From Tubulanus polymorphus (taxonomy: Eukaryota; Animalia; Nemertea): a stretch of 64,000 nucleotides of DNA. Made by a program: the position numbers and the translations under genes. The notes below the pieces were generated by a model. That model searched no databases and was not told the DNA's origin. It saw nothing but the letters and a program-made list of their open reading frames with translations. Below, piece by piece: positions 38,401 to 53,500 of this stretch. The stretch spans positions 1 through 64,000 of the forward strand of contig NW_027437459.1 in the NCBI RefSeq assembly GCF_964204645.1. Direction: 5' to 3'. How positions within the stretch are numbered: the stretch's first letter is position 1; each line of letters opens with the position of its first letter.

Positions 38401-41400
38401 GAATAGATGGACTGAAAGATACAGATTTTTCTTGCAAAATAGGGTCCTAAAGATGATGAGTTCTATCTTAATTGATGGCTTAGGGTGTACTGAACTGATT
38501 TCAAATAGATAGGTGGAAAGATTAAGAATTTTCTGGCTATTTATGCTCCTGAAGATGATGGACTCGATCTGAAATGATAGGTTAAGGTAAACTGAACTGA
38601 TTTCGAGTAGATGGACTGAAAGATACAGATTTTTCTTGCAAAATAGGGTCCTAAAGATGATGAATTCTATCTTAATTGATGGGTTAGGGTGTACTGAACT
38701 GATTTCAAATAGATAGGTTGAAAGAATCAGAATTTTCTGGCTGCTTTTGGTTCTGAAGATGATGGATTCAATCTGAAAAGATGTGTTAAGGCGTATTGAA
38801 CTGATTTAAAATAGATAGGTGGAAAGATTAAGAATTTTCTGGCTATTTATGCTCCTGAAGATGATGGACTCGATCTGAAATGATAGGTTAAGGTAAACTG
38901 AACTGATTTCGAGTAGATGGACTGAAAGATACAGATTTTTTCTTGCAAAATAGGGTCCTAAAGATGATGAGTTCTATCTTAATTGATGGGTTAGGGTGTA
39001 CTGAACTGATTTCAAATAGATAGGTTGAAAGATTAAGAATTTTCTGGCTATTTATGCTCCTGAAGATGATGGACTCGATCTGAAATGATAGGTTAAGGTA
39101 AACTGAACTGATTTCGAGTAGATGGACTGATAGATACAGATCTTTCTTGCAAAATAGGGTCCTAAAGATGATGAATTCTATCTTAATTGATGGGTTAGGG
39201 TGAACTGAACTGATTTCAAATAGATAGGTGGAAAGAATCAGAATTTTCTGGCTGCCTTTGGTTCTGAAGATGATGGACTCAATCTGAAAAGATGGGCTAA
39301 GGCGTATTGAACTGATTTCAAATAGATAGGTGGAAAGATTAAGAATTTTCTGGCTATTTATGCTCCTGAGGATGATGCACTCGATCTGAAATGATAGGTT
39401 AAGGTAGACTGAACTGATTTCGAGTAGATGGACTGAAAGATACAGATTTTTCTTGCAAAATAGGGTCCTAAAGATGATGAATTCTATCTTAATTGATGGG
39501 TAAGGGTGTACTGAACTGATTTCAAATAGATAGGTTGAAAGAATCGGAATTTTCTGGCTGCTTTTGGTTCTGAAGATGATGGATTCAATCTGAAAAGATG
39601 TGTTAAGGCGCATTGAACTGATTTCAAATAGATAGGTGGAAAGATTAAGAATTTTCTGGCTATTTATGCTCCTGAAGATGATGGACTCGATCTGAAATGA
39701 TAGGTTAAGGTAAACTGAACTGATTTCGAGCAGATGGACTGAAAGATACAGATTTTTCTTGCAAAATAGGGTCCTAAGGATGATGAATTCTATCTTAATT
39801 GATGGGTTAGGGTGAACTGAACTGATTTCAAATAGATAGGTGGAAAGAATCAGAATTTTCTGGCTGCCTTTGGTTCTGAAGATGATGGACTCAATCTGAA
39901 AAGATGGGCTAAGGCGTATTGAACTGATTTCAAATAGATAGGTGGAAAGATTAAGAATTTTCTGGCTATTTATGCTCCTGAAGATGATGGACTCGATCTG
40001 AAATGATAGGTTAAGGTAAACTGAACTGATTTCGAGCAGATGGACTGAGAGATACAGATTTTTGTTGCAAAATAGGGTCCTAAAGATGATGAATTCTATC
40101 TTAATTGATGGGTTAGGGTGAACTGAACTGATTTCAAATAGATAGGTGGAAAGAATCAGAATTTTGTGGCTGCCTTTGGTTCTGAAGATGATGGACTCAA
40201 TCTGAAAAGATGGGCTAAGGCGTATTGAACTGATTTCAAATAGATAGGTGTAAAGATTAAGAATTTTCTGGCTATTTATGCTCCTGAAGATGATGGACTC
40301 GATCTGAAATGATAGGTTAAGGTAAACTGAACTGATTTCGAGTAGATGGACTGAAAGATACAGATTTTTCTTGCAAAATAGGGTCCTAAAGATGATGAAT
40401 TCTATCTTAATTGATGGGTTAGGGTGTACTGAACTGATTTCAAATAGATAGGTTGAAAGAATCAGAATTTTCTGGCTGCTTTTGGTTCTGAAGATGATGG
40501 ATTCAATCTGAAAAGATGTGTTAAGGCGTATTGAACTGATTTAAAATAGATAGGTGGAAAGATTAAGAATTTTCTGGCTATTTATGCTCCTGAAGATGAT
40601 GGACTCGATCTGAAATGATAGGTTAAGGTAAACTGAACTGATTTCGAGTAGATGGACTTAAAGATACAGATTTTTCTTGCAAAATAGGGTCCTAAAGATG
40701 ATGAGTTCTATCTTAATTGATTGGTTAGGGTGTACTGAACTGATTTCAAATAGATAGGTGGAAAGATTAAGAATTTTCTGGCTATTTATGCTCCTGAAGA
40801 TGATGGACTCGATCTGAAATGATAGGTTAAGGTAAACTGAACTGATTTCGAGTAGATGGACTGAAAGATACAGATTTTTCTTGCAAAATAGGGTCCTAAA
40901 GATGATGAATTCTATCTTAATTGATGGGTTAGGGTGTACTGAACTGATTTCAAATAGATAGGTGGAAAGATTAAGAATTTTCTGGCTATTTATGCTCCTG
41001 AAGATGATGGACTCGATCTGAAATGATAGGTTAAGGTAAACTGAACTTATTTCGAGTAGATGGACTGAAAGATACAGATTTTTCTTGCAAAATAGGGTCC
41101 TAAAGATGATGAATTCTATCTTAATTGATGGGTTAGGGTGTACTGAACTGATTTCAAATAGATAGGTTGAAAGAATCAGAATTTTCTGGCTGCTTTTGGT
41201 TCTGAAGATGATGGATTCAATCTGAAAAGATGTGTTATGGCGTATTGAACTGATTTCAAATAGATAGGTGGAAAGATTAAGAATTTTCTGGCTATTTATG
41301 CTCCTGAAGATGATTGACTCGATCTGAAATGATAGGTTAGGTAGACTGAACTGATTTCGAGTAGATGGACTGAAAGATACAGATTTTTCTTGCAAAATAG

Positions 41401-42860
41401 GGTCCTAAAGATGATGAGTTCTATCTTAATTGATGGGTTAGGGTGTACTGAACTGATTTCAAATAGATAGGTGGAAAGATTAAGAATTTTCTGGTTATTT
41501 ATGCTCCTGAAGATGATGGACTCGATCTGAAATGATAGGTTAAGGTAAACTGAACTGATTTCGAGTAGATGGACTGAAAGATACAGATTTTTCTTGCAAA
41601 ACAGGGTCCTAAAGATGATGAATTCTATCTTGATTGATGGGTTAAGGCGTATTGAACTGATTTCAAATAGATAGGTGGAAAGAATCTGGATTTTCTGGCT
41701 GCCTTTGGTTCTGAAGATGATGGACTCAATCTGAAAAGATGGGCTAATGCGTATTGAACTGATTTCAAATAGATAGGTGGAAAGATTAAGAATTTTCTGG
41801 CTATTTATGCTCCTGAAGATGATGGACTCGATCTGAAATGATAGGTTAAGGTAAACTGAACTGATTTCGAGTAGATGGACTGAAAGATACAAATTTTTCT
41901 TGCAAAATAGGGTCCAAAAGATGATGAATTCTATCTTAATTGATGGGTTAGGGTGTACTGAACTGATTTCAAATAGATAGGTTGAAAGAATCAGAATTTT
42001 CGGGCTGCTTTTGGTTCTGAAGATGATGGATTCAATCTGAAAAGATGTGTTAAGGCGTATTGAACTGATTTCAAATAGATAGGTGGAAAGATTAAGAATT
42101 TTCTGGCTATTTATGCTCCTGAAGATGATGGACTCGATCTGAAATGATAGGTTAAGGTAGACTGAACTGATTCTGAATAGATGGACTGAAAGATACAGAT
42201 TTTTCTTGCAAAATAGGGTCCTAAAGATGATGAGTTCTATCTTAATTGATTGGTTAGGGTGTACTGAACTGATTTCAAATAGATAGGTGGAAAGATTAAG
42301 AATTTTCTGGCTATTTATGCTCCTGAAGATGATGGACTCGATCTGAAATGATAGGTTAAGGTAAACTGAACTGATTTCGAGTAGATGGACTGAAAGATAC
42401 AGATTTTTCTTGCAAAATAGGGTCCTAAAGATGATGAATTCTATCTTAATTGATGGGTTAGGGTGTACTGAACTGATTTCAAATAGATAGGTTGAAAGAA
42501 TCAGAATTTTCTGGCTGCTTTTGGTTCTGAAGATGATGGATTCAATCTGAAAAGATGTGTTAAGGCGTATTGAACTGATTTAAAATAGATAGGTGGAAAG
42601 ATTAAGAATTTTCTGGCTATTTATGCTCCTGAAGATGATGGACTCGATCTGAAATGATAGGTTAAGGTAAACTGAACTGATTTCGAGTAGATGGACTTAA
42701 AGATACAGATTTTTCTTGCAAAATAGGGTCCTAAAGATGATGAGTTCTATCTTAATTGATGGGTTAGGGTGTACTGAACTGATTTCAAATAGATAGGTTG
42801 AAAGATTAAGAATTTCATGGCTATTTATGCTCCTGAAGATGATGGACTCGATCTGAAAGG

Positions 42861-45800
42861 ATAGGTTAAGGTAAACTGAACTGATTTCGAGCAGATGGAC
42901 TGAAAGATACAGATTTTTCTTGCAAAATAGGGTCCTAAAGATGATGAATTCTATCTTAATTGATGGGTTAGGGTGAACTGAACTTATTTCAAATAGATAG
43001 GTGGAAAGAATCAGAATTTTCTGGCTGCCTTTGGTTCTGAAGATGATGGACTCAATCTGAAAAGATGGGCTAAGGCGTATTGAACTTATTTCAAATAGAT
43101 AGGTGTAAAGATTAAGAATTTTCTGGCTATTTATGCTCCTGAAGATGATGGACTCGATCCGAAATGATAGGTTAAGGTAAACTGAACTGATTTCGAGTAG
43201 ATGGACTGAAAGATACAGATTTTTTCTTGCAAAATAGGGTCCTAAAGATGATGAGTTCTATCTTAATTGATGGGTTAGGGTGTACTGAACGGATTTCAAA
43301 TAGATAGGTTGAAAGATTAAGAATTTTCTGGCTATTTATGCTCCTGAAGATGATGGACTCGATCTGAAATGATAGGTTAAGGTAAACTGAACTGATTTCG
43401 AGCAGATGGACTGAAAGATACAGATTTTTCTTGCAAAATAGGGTCCTAAAGATGATGAATTCTATCTTAATTGATGGGTTAGGGTGAACTGAACTGATTT
43501 CAAATAGATAGGTGGAAAGATTAAGAATTTTCTGGTTATTTATGCTCCTGAAGATGATGGACTCGATCTGAAATGATAGGTTAAGGTAAACTGAACTGAT
43601 TTCGAGTAGATGGACTGAAAGATACAGATTTTTCTTGCAAAACAGGGTCCTAAAGATGATGAATTCTATCTTAATTGATGGGTTAAGGCGTATTGAACTG
43701 ATTTCAAATAGATAGGTGGAAAGAATCAGAATTTTCTGGCTGCCTTTGGTTCTGAAGATGATGGACTCAATCTGAAAAGATGGGCTAAGGCGTATTGAAC
43801 TGATTTCAAATAGATAGGTGGAAAGATTAAGAATTTTCTGGCTATTTATGCTCCTGAAGATGATGGACTCGATCTGAAATGATAGGTTAAGGTAAACTGA
43901 ACTGATTTCGAGTAGATGGACTGAAAGATACAAATTTTTCTTGCAAAATAGGGTCCAAAAGATGATGAATTCTATCTTAATTGATGGGTTAGGGTGTACT
44001 GAACTGATTTCAAATAGATAGGTTGAAAGAATCAGAATTTTCGGGCTGCTTTTGGTTCTGAAGATGATGGATTCAATCTGAAAAGATGTGTTAAGGCGTA
44101 TTGAACTGATTTCAAATAGATAGGTGGAAAGATTAAGAATTTTCTGGCTATTTATGCTCCTGAAGATGATGGACTCGATCTGAAATGATAGGTTAAGGTA
44201 GACTGAACTGATTCTGAATAGATGGACTGAAAGATACAGATTTTTCTTGCAAAATAGGGTCCTAAAGATGATGAGTTCTATCTTAATTGATGGCTTAGGG
44301 TGTACTGAACTGATTTCAAATAGATAGGTGGAAAGATTAAGAATTTTCTGGCTATTTATGCTCCTGAAGATGATGGACTCGATCTGAAATGATAGGTTAA
44401 GGTAAACTGAACTGATTTCGAGTAGATGGACTGAAAGATACAGATTTTTCTTGCAAAATAGGGTCCTAAAGATGATGAATTCTATCTTAATTGATGGGTT
44501 AGGGTGTACTGAACTGATTTCAAATAGATAGGTTGAAAGAATCAGAATTTTCTGGCTGCTTTTGGTTCTGAAGATGATGGATTCAATCTGAAAAGATGTG
44601 TTAAGGCGTATTGAACTGATTTAAAATAGATAGGTGGAAAGATTAAGAATTTTCTGGCTATTTATGCTCCTGAAGATGATGGACTCGATCTGAAATGATA
44701 GGTTAAGGTAAACTGAACTGATTTCGAGTAGATGGACTGAAAGATACAGATTTTTTCTTGCAAAATAGGGTCCTAAAGATGATGAGTTCTATCTTAATTG
44801 ATGGGTTAGGGTGTACTGAACTGATTTCAAATAGATAGGTTGAAAGATTAAGAATTTTCTGGCTATTTATGCTCCTGAAGATGATGGACTCGATCTGAAA
44901 TGATAGGTTAAGGTAAACTGAACTGATTTCGAGCAGATGGACTGAAAGATACAGATCTTTCTTGCAAAATAGGGTCCTAAAGATGATGAATTCTATCTTA
45001 ATTGATGGGTTAGGGTGAACTGAACTGATTTCAAATAGATAGGTGGAAAGAATCAGAATTTTCTGGCTGCCTTTGGTTCTGAAGATGATGGACTCAATCT
45101 GAAAAGATGGGCTAAGGCGTATTGAACTGATTTCAAATAGATAGGTGGAAAGATTAAGAATTTTCTGGCTATTTATGCTCCTGAGGATGATGCACTCGAT
45201 CTGAAATGATAGGTTAAGGTAGACTGAACTGATTTCGAGTAGATGGACTGAAAGATACAGATTTTTCTTGCAAAATAGGGTCCTAAAGATGATGAATTCT
45301 ATCTTAATTGATGGGTAAGGGTGTACTGAACTGATTTCAAATAGATAGGTTGAAAGAATCGGAATTTTCTGGCTGCTTTTGGTTCTGAAGATGATGGATT
45401 CAATCTGAAAAGATGTGTTAAGGCGCATTGAACTGATTTCAAATAGATAGGTGGAAAGATTAAGAATTTTCTGGCTATTTATGCTCCTGAAGATGATGGA
45501 CTCGATCTGAAATGATAGGTTAAGGTAAACTGAACTGATTTCGAGTAGATGGACTGAAAGATACAGATTTTTCTTGCAAAATAGGGTCCTAAGGATGATG
45601 AATTCTATCTTAATTGATGGGTTAGGGTGAACTGAACTGATTTCAAATAGATAGGTGGAAAGAATCAGAATTTTCTGGCTGCCTTTGGTTCTGAAGATGA
45701 TGGACTCAATCTGAAAAGATGGGCTAAGGCGTATTGAACTGATTTCAAATAGATAGGTGGAAAGATTAAGAATTTTCTGGCTATTTATGCTCCTGAAGAT

Positions 45801-48800
45801 GATGGACTCGATCTGAAATGATAGGTTAAGGTAAACTGAACTGATTTCGAGCAGATGGACTGAAAGATACAGATTTTTGTTGCAAAATAGGGTCCTAAAG
45901 ATGATGAATTCTATCTTAATTGATGGGTTAGGGTGAACTGAACTGATTTCAAATAGATAGGTGGAAAGAATCAGAATTTTCTGGCTGCCTTTGGTTCTGA
46001 AGATGATGGACTCAATCTGAAAAGATGGGCTAAGGCGTATTGAACTGATTTCAAATAGATAGGTGTAAAGATTAAGAATTTTCTGGCTATTTATGCTCCT
46101 GAAGATGATGGACTCGATCTGAAATGATAGGTTAAGGTAAACTGAACTGATTTCGAGTAGATGGACTGAAAGATACAGATTTTTCTTGCAAAATAGGGTC
46201 CTAAAGATGATGAATTCTATCTTAATTGATGGGTTAGGGTGTACTGAACTGATTTCAAATAGATAGGTTGAAAGAATCAGAATTTTCTGGCTGCTTTTGG
46301 TTCTGAAGATGATGGATTCAATCTGAAAAGATGTGTTAAGGCGTATTGAACTGATTTAAAATAGATAGGTGGAAAGATTAAGAATTTTCTGGCTATTTAT
46401 GCTCCTGAAGATGATGGACTCGATCTGAAATGATAGGTTAAGGTAAACTGAACTGATTTCGAGCAGATGGACTGAAAGATACAGATTTTTCTTGCAAAAT
46501 AGGGTCCTAAAGATGATGAATTCTATCTTAATTGATGGGTTAGGGTGAACTGAACTTATTTCAAATAGATAGGCGGAAAGAATCAGAATTTTCTGGCTGC
46601 CTTTGGTTCTGAAGATGATGGACTCAATCTGAAAAGATGGGCTAAGGCGTATTGAACTTATTTCAAATAGATAGGTGTAAAGATTAAGAATTTTCTGGCT
46701 ATTTATGCTCCTGAAGATGATGGACTCGATCCGAAATGATAGGTTAAGGTAAACTGAACTGATTTCGAGTAGATGGACTGAAAGATACAGATTTTTTCTT
46801 GCAAAATAGGGTCCTAAAGATGATGAGTTCTATCTTAATTGATGGGTTAGGGTGTACTGAACGGATTTCAAATAGATAGGTTGAAAGATTAAGAATTTTC
46901 TGGCTATTTATGCTCCTGAAGATGATGGACTCGATCTGAAATGATAGGTTAAGGTAAACTGAACTGATTTCGAGCAGATGGACTGAAAGATACAGATTTT
47001 TCTTGCAAAATAGGGTCCTAAAGATGATGAATTCTATCTTAATTGATGGGTTAGGGTGAACTGAACTGATTTCAAATAGATAGGTGGAAAGATTAAGAAT
47101 TTTCTGGTTATTTATGCTCCTGAAGATGATGGACTCGATCTGAAATGATAGGTTAAGGTAAACTGAACTGATTTCGAGTAGATGGACTGAAAGATACAGA
47201 TTTTTCTTGCAAAACAGGGTCCTAAAGATGATGAATTCTATCTTAATTGATGGGTTAAGGCGTATTGAACTGATTTCAAATAGATAGGTGGAAAGAATCA
47301 GAATTTTCTGGCTGCCTTTGGTTCTGAAGATGATGGACTCAATCTGAAAAGATGGGCTAAGGCGTATTGAACTGATTTCAAATAGATAGGTGGAAAGATT
47401 AAGAATTTTCTGGCTATTTATGCTCCTGAAGATGATGGACTCGATCTGAAATGATAGGTTAAGGTAAACTGAACTGATTTCGAGTAGATGGACTGAAAGA
47501 TACAAATTTTTCTTGCAAAATAGGGTCCAAAAGATGATGAATTCTATCTTAATTGATGGGTTAGGGTGTACTGAACTGATTTCAAATAGATAGGTTGAAA
47601 GAATCAGAATTTTCGGGCTGCTTTTGGTTCTGAAGATGATGGATTCAATCTGAAAAGATGTGTTAAGGCGTATTGAACTGATTTCAAATAGATAGGTGGA
47701 AAGATTAAGAATTTTCTGGCTATTTATGCTCCTGAAGATGATGGACTCGATCTGAAATGATAGGTTAAGGTAGACTGAACTGATTCTGAATAGATGGACT
47801 GAAAGATACAGATTTTTCTTGCAAAATAGGGTCCTAAAGATGATGAGTTCTATCTTAATTGATGGCTTAGGGTGTACTGAACTGATTTCAAATAGATAGG
47901 TGGAAAGATTAAGAATTTTCTGGCTATTTATGCTCCTGAAGATGATGGACTCGATCTGAAATGATAGGTTAAGGTAAACTGAACTGATTTCGAGTAGATG
48001 GACTGAAAGATACAGATTTTTCTTGCAAAATAGGGTCCTAAAGATGATGAATTCTATCTTAATTGATGGGTTAGGGTGTACTGAACTGATTTCAAATAGA
48101 TAGGTTGAAAGAATCAGAATTTTCTGGCTGCTTTTGGTTCTGAAGATGATGGATTCAATCTGAAAAGATGTGTTAAGGCGTATTGAACTGATTTAAAATA
48201 GATAGGTGGAAAGATTAAGAATTTTCTGGCTATTTATGCTCCTGAAGATGATGGACTCGATCTGAAATGATAGGTTAAGGTAAACTGAACTGATTTCGAG
48301 TAGATGGACTGAAAGATACAGATTTTTTCTTGCAAAATAGGGTCCTAAAGATGATGAGTTCTATCTTAATTGATGGGTTAGGGTGTACTGAACTGATTTC
48401 AAATAGATAGGTTGAAAGATTAAGAATTTTCTGGCTATTTATGCTCCTGAAGATGATGGACTCGATCTGAAATGATAGGTTAAGGTAAACTGAACTGATT
48501 TCGAGCAGATGGACTGAAAGATACAGATCTTTCTTGCAAAATAGGGTCCTAAAGATGATGAATTCTATCTTAATTGATGGGTTAGGGTGAACTGAACTGA
48601 TTTCAAATAGATAGGTGGAAAGAATCAGAATTTTCTGGCTGCCTTTGGTTCTGAAGATGATGGACTCAATCTGAAAAGATGGGCTAAGGCGTATTGAACT
48701 GATTTCAAATAGATAGGTGGAAAGATTAAGAATTTTCTGGCTATTTATGCTCCTGAGGATGATGCACTCGATCTGAAAGGATAGGTTAAGGTAGACTGAA

Positions 48801-49160
48801 CTGATTTCGAGTAGATGGACTGAAAGATACAGATTTTTCTTGCAAAATAGGGTCCTAAAGATGATGAATTCTATCTTAATTGATGGGTAAGGGTGTACTG
48901 AACTGATTTCAAATAGATAGGTTGAAAGAATCAGAATTTTCTGGCTGCTTTTGGTTCTGAAGATGATGGATTCAATCTGAAAAGATGTGTTAAGGCGCAT
49001 TGAACTGATTTCAAATAGATAGGTGGAAAGATTAAGAATTTTCTGGCTATTTATGCTCCTGAAGATGATGGACTCGATCTGAAATGATAGGTTAAGGTAA
49101 ACTGAACTGATTTCGAGTAGATGGACTGAAAGATACAGATTTTTCTTGCAAAATAGGGTC
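42861..49160 (+). repeat. Duplication with 3572-bp (35-monomer) offset
   Basis: gaacTTatt at 42985/46557 and gatcCg at 43160/~46732. ORF pairs 43172/46744 and 44703/48275 have the same offset. Homology continues at offset 3776 after a 204-bp indel. Confidence 0.87.
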
Positions 49161-50537
49161 CTAAAGATGATGAATTCTATCTTAATTGATGGGTTAGGGT
49201 GTACTGAACTGATTTCAAATAGATAGGTGGAAAGATTAAGAATTTTCTGGCTATTTATGCTCCTGAAGATGATGAACTCGATCTGAAATGATAGGTTAAG
49301 GTAAACTGAACTGATTTCGAGCAGATGGACTGAAAGATACAGATTTTTCTTGCAAAATAGGGTCCTAAGGATGATGAATTCTATCTTAATTGATGGGTTA
49401 GGGTGAACTGAACTGATTTCAAATAGATAGGTGGAAAGAATCAGAATTTTCTGGCTGCCTTTGGTTCTGAAGATGATGGACTCAATCTGAAAAGATGGGC
49501 TAAGGCGTATTGAACTGATTTCAAATAGATAGGTGGAAAGATTAAGAATTTTCTGGCTATTTATGCTCCTGAAGATGATGGACTCGATCTGAAATGATAG
49601 GTTAAGGTAAACTGAACTGATTTCGAGCAGATGGACTGAAAGATACAGATTTTTGTTGCAAAATAGGGTCCTAAAGATGATGAATTCTATCTTAATTGAT
49701 GGGTTAGGGTGAACTGAACTGATTTCAAATAGATAGGTGGAAAGAATCAGAATTTTCTGGCTGCCTTTGGTTCTGAAGATGATGGACTCAATCTGAAAAG
49801 ATGGGCTAAGGCGTATTGAACTGATTTCAAATAGATAGGTGTAAAGATTAAGAATTTTCTGGCTATTTATGCTCCTGAAGATGATGGACTCGATCTGAAA
49901 TGATAGGTTAAGGTAAACTGAACTGATTTCGAGTAGATGGACTGAAAGATACAGATTTTTCTTGCAAAATAGGGTCCTAAAGATGATGAATTCTATCTTA
50001 ATTGATGGGTTAGGGTGTACTGAACTGATTTCAAATAGATAGGTGGAAAGATTAAGAATTTTCTGGCTATTTATGCTCCTGAAGATGATGGACTCGATCT
50101 GAAATGATAGGTTAAGGTTGACTGAACTGATTCTGAATAGATGGACTGAAAGATACAGATTTTTCTTGCAAAATAGGGTCCTAAAGATGATGAGTTCTAT
50201 CTTAATTGATTGGTTAGGGTGTACTGAACTGATTTCAAATAGATAGGTGGAAAGATTAAGAATTTTCTGTCTATTTATGCTCCTGAAGATGATGGACTCG
50301 ATCTGAAATGATAGGTTAAGGTAAACTGAACTGATTTCGAGTAGATGGACTGAAAGATACAGATTTTTCTTGCAAAATAGGGTCCTAAAGATGATGAATT
50401 CTATCTTAATTGATGGGTTAGGGTGTACTGAACTGATTTCAAATAGATAGGTGGAAAGATTAAGAATTTTCTGGCTATTTATGCTCCTGAAGATGATGGA
50501 CTCGATCTGAAATGATAGGTTAAGGTAAACTGAACTT

Positions 50538-53500
50538 ATTTCGAGTAGATGGACTGAAAGATACAGATTTTTCTTGCAAAATAGGGTCCTAAAGATGATG
50601 AATTCTATCTTAATTGATGGGTTAGGGTGTACTGAACTGATTTCAAATAGATAGGTTGAAAGAATCAGAATTTTCTGGCTGCTTTTGGTTCTGAAGATGA
50701 TGGATTCAATCTGAAAAGATGTGTTATGGCGTATTGAACTGATTTCAAATAGATAGGTGGAAAGATTAAGAATTTTCTGGCTATTTATGCTCCTGAAGAT
50801 GATTGACTCGATCTGAAATGATAGGTTAGGTAGACTGAACTGATTTCGAGTAGATGGACTGAAAGATACAGATTTTTCTTGCAAAATAGGGTCCTAAAGA
50901 TGATGAGTTCTATCTTAATTGATGGGTTAGGGTGTACTGAACTGATTTCAAATAGATAGGTGGAAAGATTAAGAATTTTCTGGTTATTTATGCTCCTGAA
51001 GATGATGGACTCGATCTGAAATGATAGGTTAAGGTAAACTGAACTGATTTCGAGTAGATGGACTGAAAGATACAGATTTTTCTTGCAAAACAGGGTCCTA
51101 AAGATGATGAATTCTATCTTGATTGATGGGTTAAGGCGTATTGAACTGATTTCAAATAGATAGGTGGAAAGAATCAGGATTTTCAGGCTGCCTTTGGTTC
51201 TGAAGATGATGGACTCAATCTGAAAAGATGGGCTAATGCGTATTGAACTGATTTCAAATAGATAGGTGGAAAGATTAAGAATTTTCTGGCTATTTATGCT
51301 CCTGAAGATGATGGACTCGATCTGAAATGATAGGTTAAGGTAAACTGAACTGATTTCGAGTAGATGGACTGAAAGATACAAATTTTTCTTGCAAAATAGG
51401 GTCCAAAAGATGATGAATTCTATCTTAATTGATGGGTTAGGGTGTACTGAACTGATTTCAAATAGATAGGTTGAAAGAATCAGAATTTTCGGGCTGCTTT
51501 TGGTTCTGAAGATGATGGATTCAATCTGAAAAGATGTGTTAAGGCGTATTGAACTGATTTCAAATAGATAGGTGGAAAGATTAAGAATTTTCTGGCTATT
51601 TATGCTCCTGAAGATGATGGACTCGATCTGAAATGATAGGTTAAGGTAGACTGAACTGATTCTGAATAGATGGACTGAAAGATACAGATTTTTCTTGCAA
51701 AATAGGGTCCTAAAGATGATGAGTTCTATCTTAATTGATTGGTTAGGGTGTACTGAACTGATTTCAAATAGATAGGTGGAAAGATTAAGAATTTTCTGGC
51801 TATTTATGCTCCTGAAGATGATGGACTCGTTCTGAAATGATAGGTTAAGGTAAACTGAACTGATTTCGAGTAGATGGACTGAAAGATACAGATTTTTCTT
51901 GCAAAATAGGGTCCTAAAGATGATGAATTCTATCTTAATTGATGGGTTAGGGTGTACTGAACTGATTTCAAATAGATAGGTTGAAAGAATCAGAATTTTC
52001 TGGCTGCTTTTGGTTCTGAAGATGATGGATTCAATCTGAAAAGATGTGTTAAGGCGTATTGAACTGATTTAAAATAGATAGGTGGAAAGATTAAGAATTT
52101 TCTGGCTATTTATGCTCCTGAAGATGATGGACTCGATCTGAAATGATAGGTTAAGGTAAACTGAACTGATTTCGAGTAGATGGACTTAAAGATACAGATT
52201 TTTCTTGCAAAATAGGGTCCTAAAGATGATGAGTTCTATCTTAATTGATGGGTTAGGGTGTACTGAACTGATTTCAAATAGATAGGTTGAAAGATTAAGA
52301 ATTTTCTGGCTATTTATGCTCCTGAAGATGATGGACTCGATCTGAAATGATAGGTTAAGGTAAACTGAATTGATTTCGAGTAGATGGACTGAAAGATACA
52401 GATTTTTCTTGCAAAATAGGGTCCTAAAGATGATGAATTCTATCTTAATTGATGGGTTAGGGTGTACTGAACTGATTTCAAATAGATAGGTTGAAAGAAT
52501 CAGAATTTTCTGGCTGCTTTTGGTTCTGAAGATGATGGATTCAATCTGAAAAGATGTGTTATGGCGTATTGAACTGATTTCAAATAGATAGGTGGAAAGA
52601 TTAAGAATTTTCTGGCTATTTATGCTCCTGAAGATGATTGACTCGATCTGAAATGATAGGTTAGGTAGACTGAACTGATTTCGAGTAGATGGACTGAAAG
52701 ATACAGATTTTTCTTGCAAAATAGGGTCCTAAAGATGATGAGTTCTATCTTAATTGATGGGTTAGGGTGTACTGAACTGATTTCAAATAGATAGGTGGAA
52801 AGATTAAGAATTTTCTGGTTATTTATGCTCCTGAAGATGATGGACTCGATCTGAAATGATAGGTTAAGGTAAACTGAACTGATTTCGAGTAGATGGACTG
52901 AAAGATACAGATTTTTCTTGCAAAACAGGGTCCTAAAGATGATGAATTCTATCTTGATTGATGGGTTAAGGCGTATTGAACTGATTTCAAATAGATAGGT
53001 GGAAAGAATCAGGATTTTCAGGCTGCCTTTGGTTCTGAAGATGATGGACTCAATCTGAAAAGATGGGCTAATGCGTATTGAACTGATTTCAAATAGATAG
53101 GTGGAAAGATTAAGAATTTTCTGGCTATTTATGCTCCTGAAGATGATGGACTCGATCTGAAATGATAGGTTAAGGTAAACTGAACTGATTTCGAGTAGAT
53201 GGACTGAAAGATACAAATTTTTCTTGCAAAATAGGGTCCAAAAGATGATGAATTCTATCTTAATTGATGGGTTAGGGTGTACTGAACTGATTTCAAATAG
53301 ATAGGTTGAAAGAATCAGAATTTTCGGGCTGCTTTTGGTTCTGAAGATGATGGATTCAATCTGAAAAGATGTGTTAAGGCGTATTGAACTGATTTCAAAT
53401 AGATAGGTGGAAAGATTAAGAATTTTCTGGCTATTTATGCTCCTGAAGATGATGGACTCGATCTGAAATGATAGGTTAAGGTAGACTGAACTGATTCTGA

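Noticed and set aside
48275-50884. 34-aa repeat as a TPR, ankyrin, PPR or LRR protein
   Set aside because: The length coincides with TPR only. The peptide lacks the small Ala/Gly consensus positions of TPR/PPR/ankyrin and the LxxLxLxxN motif of LRRs.
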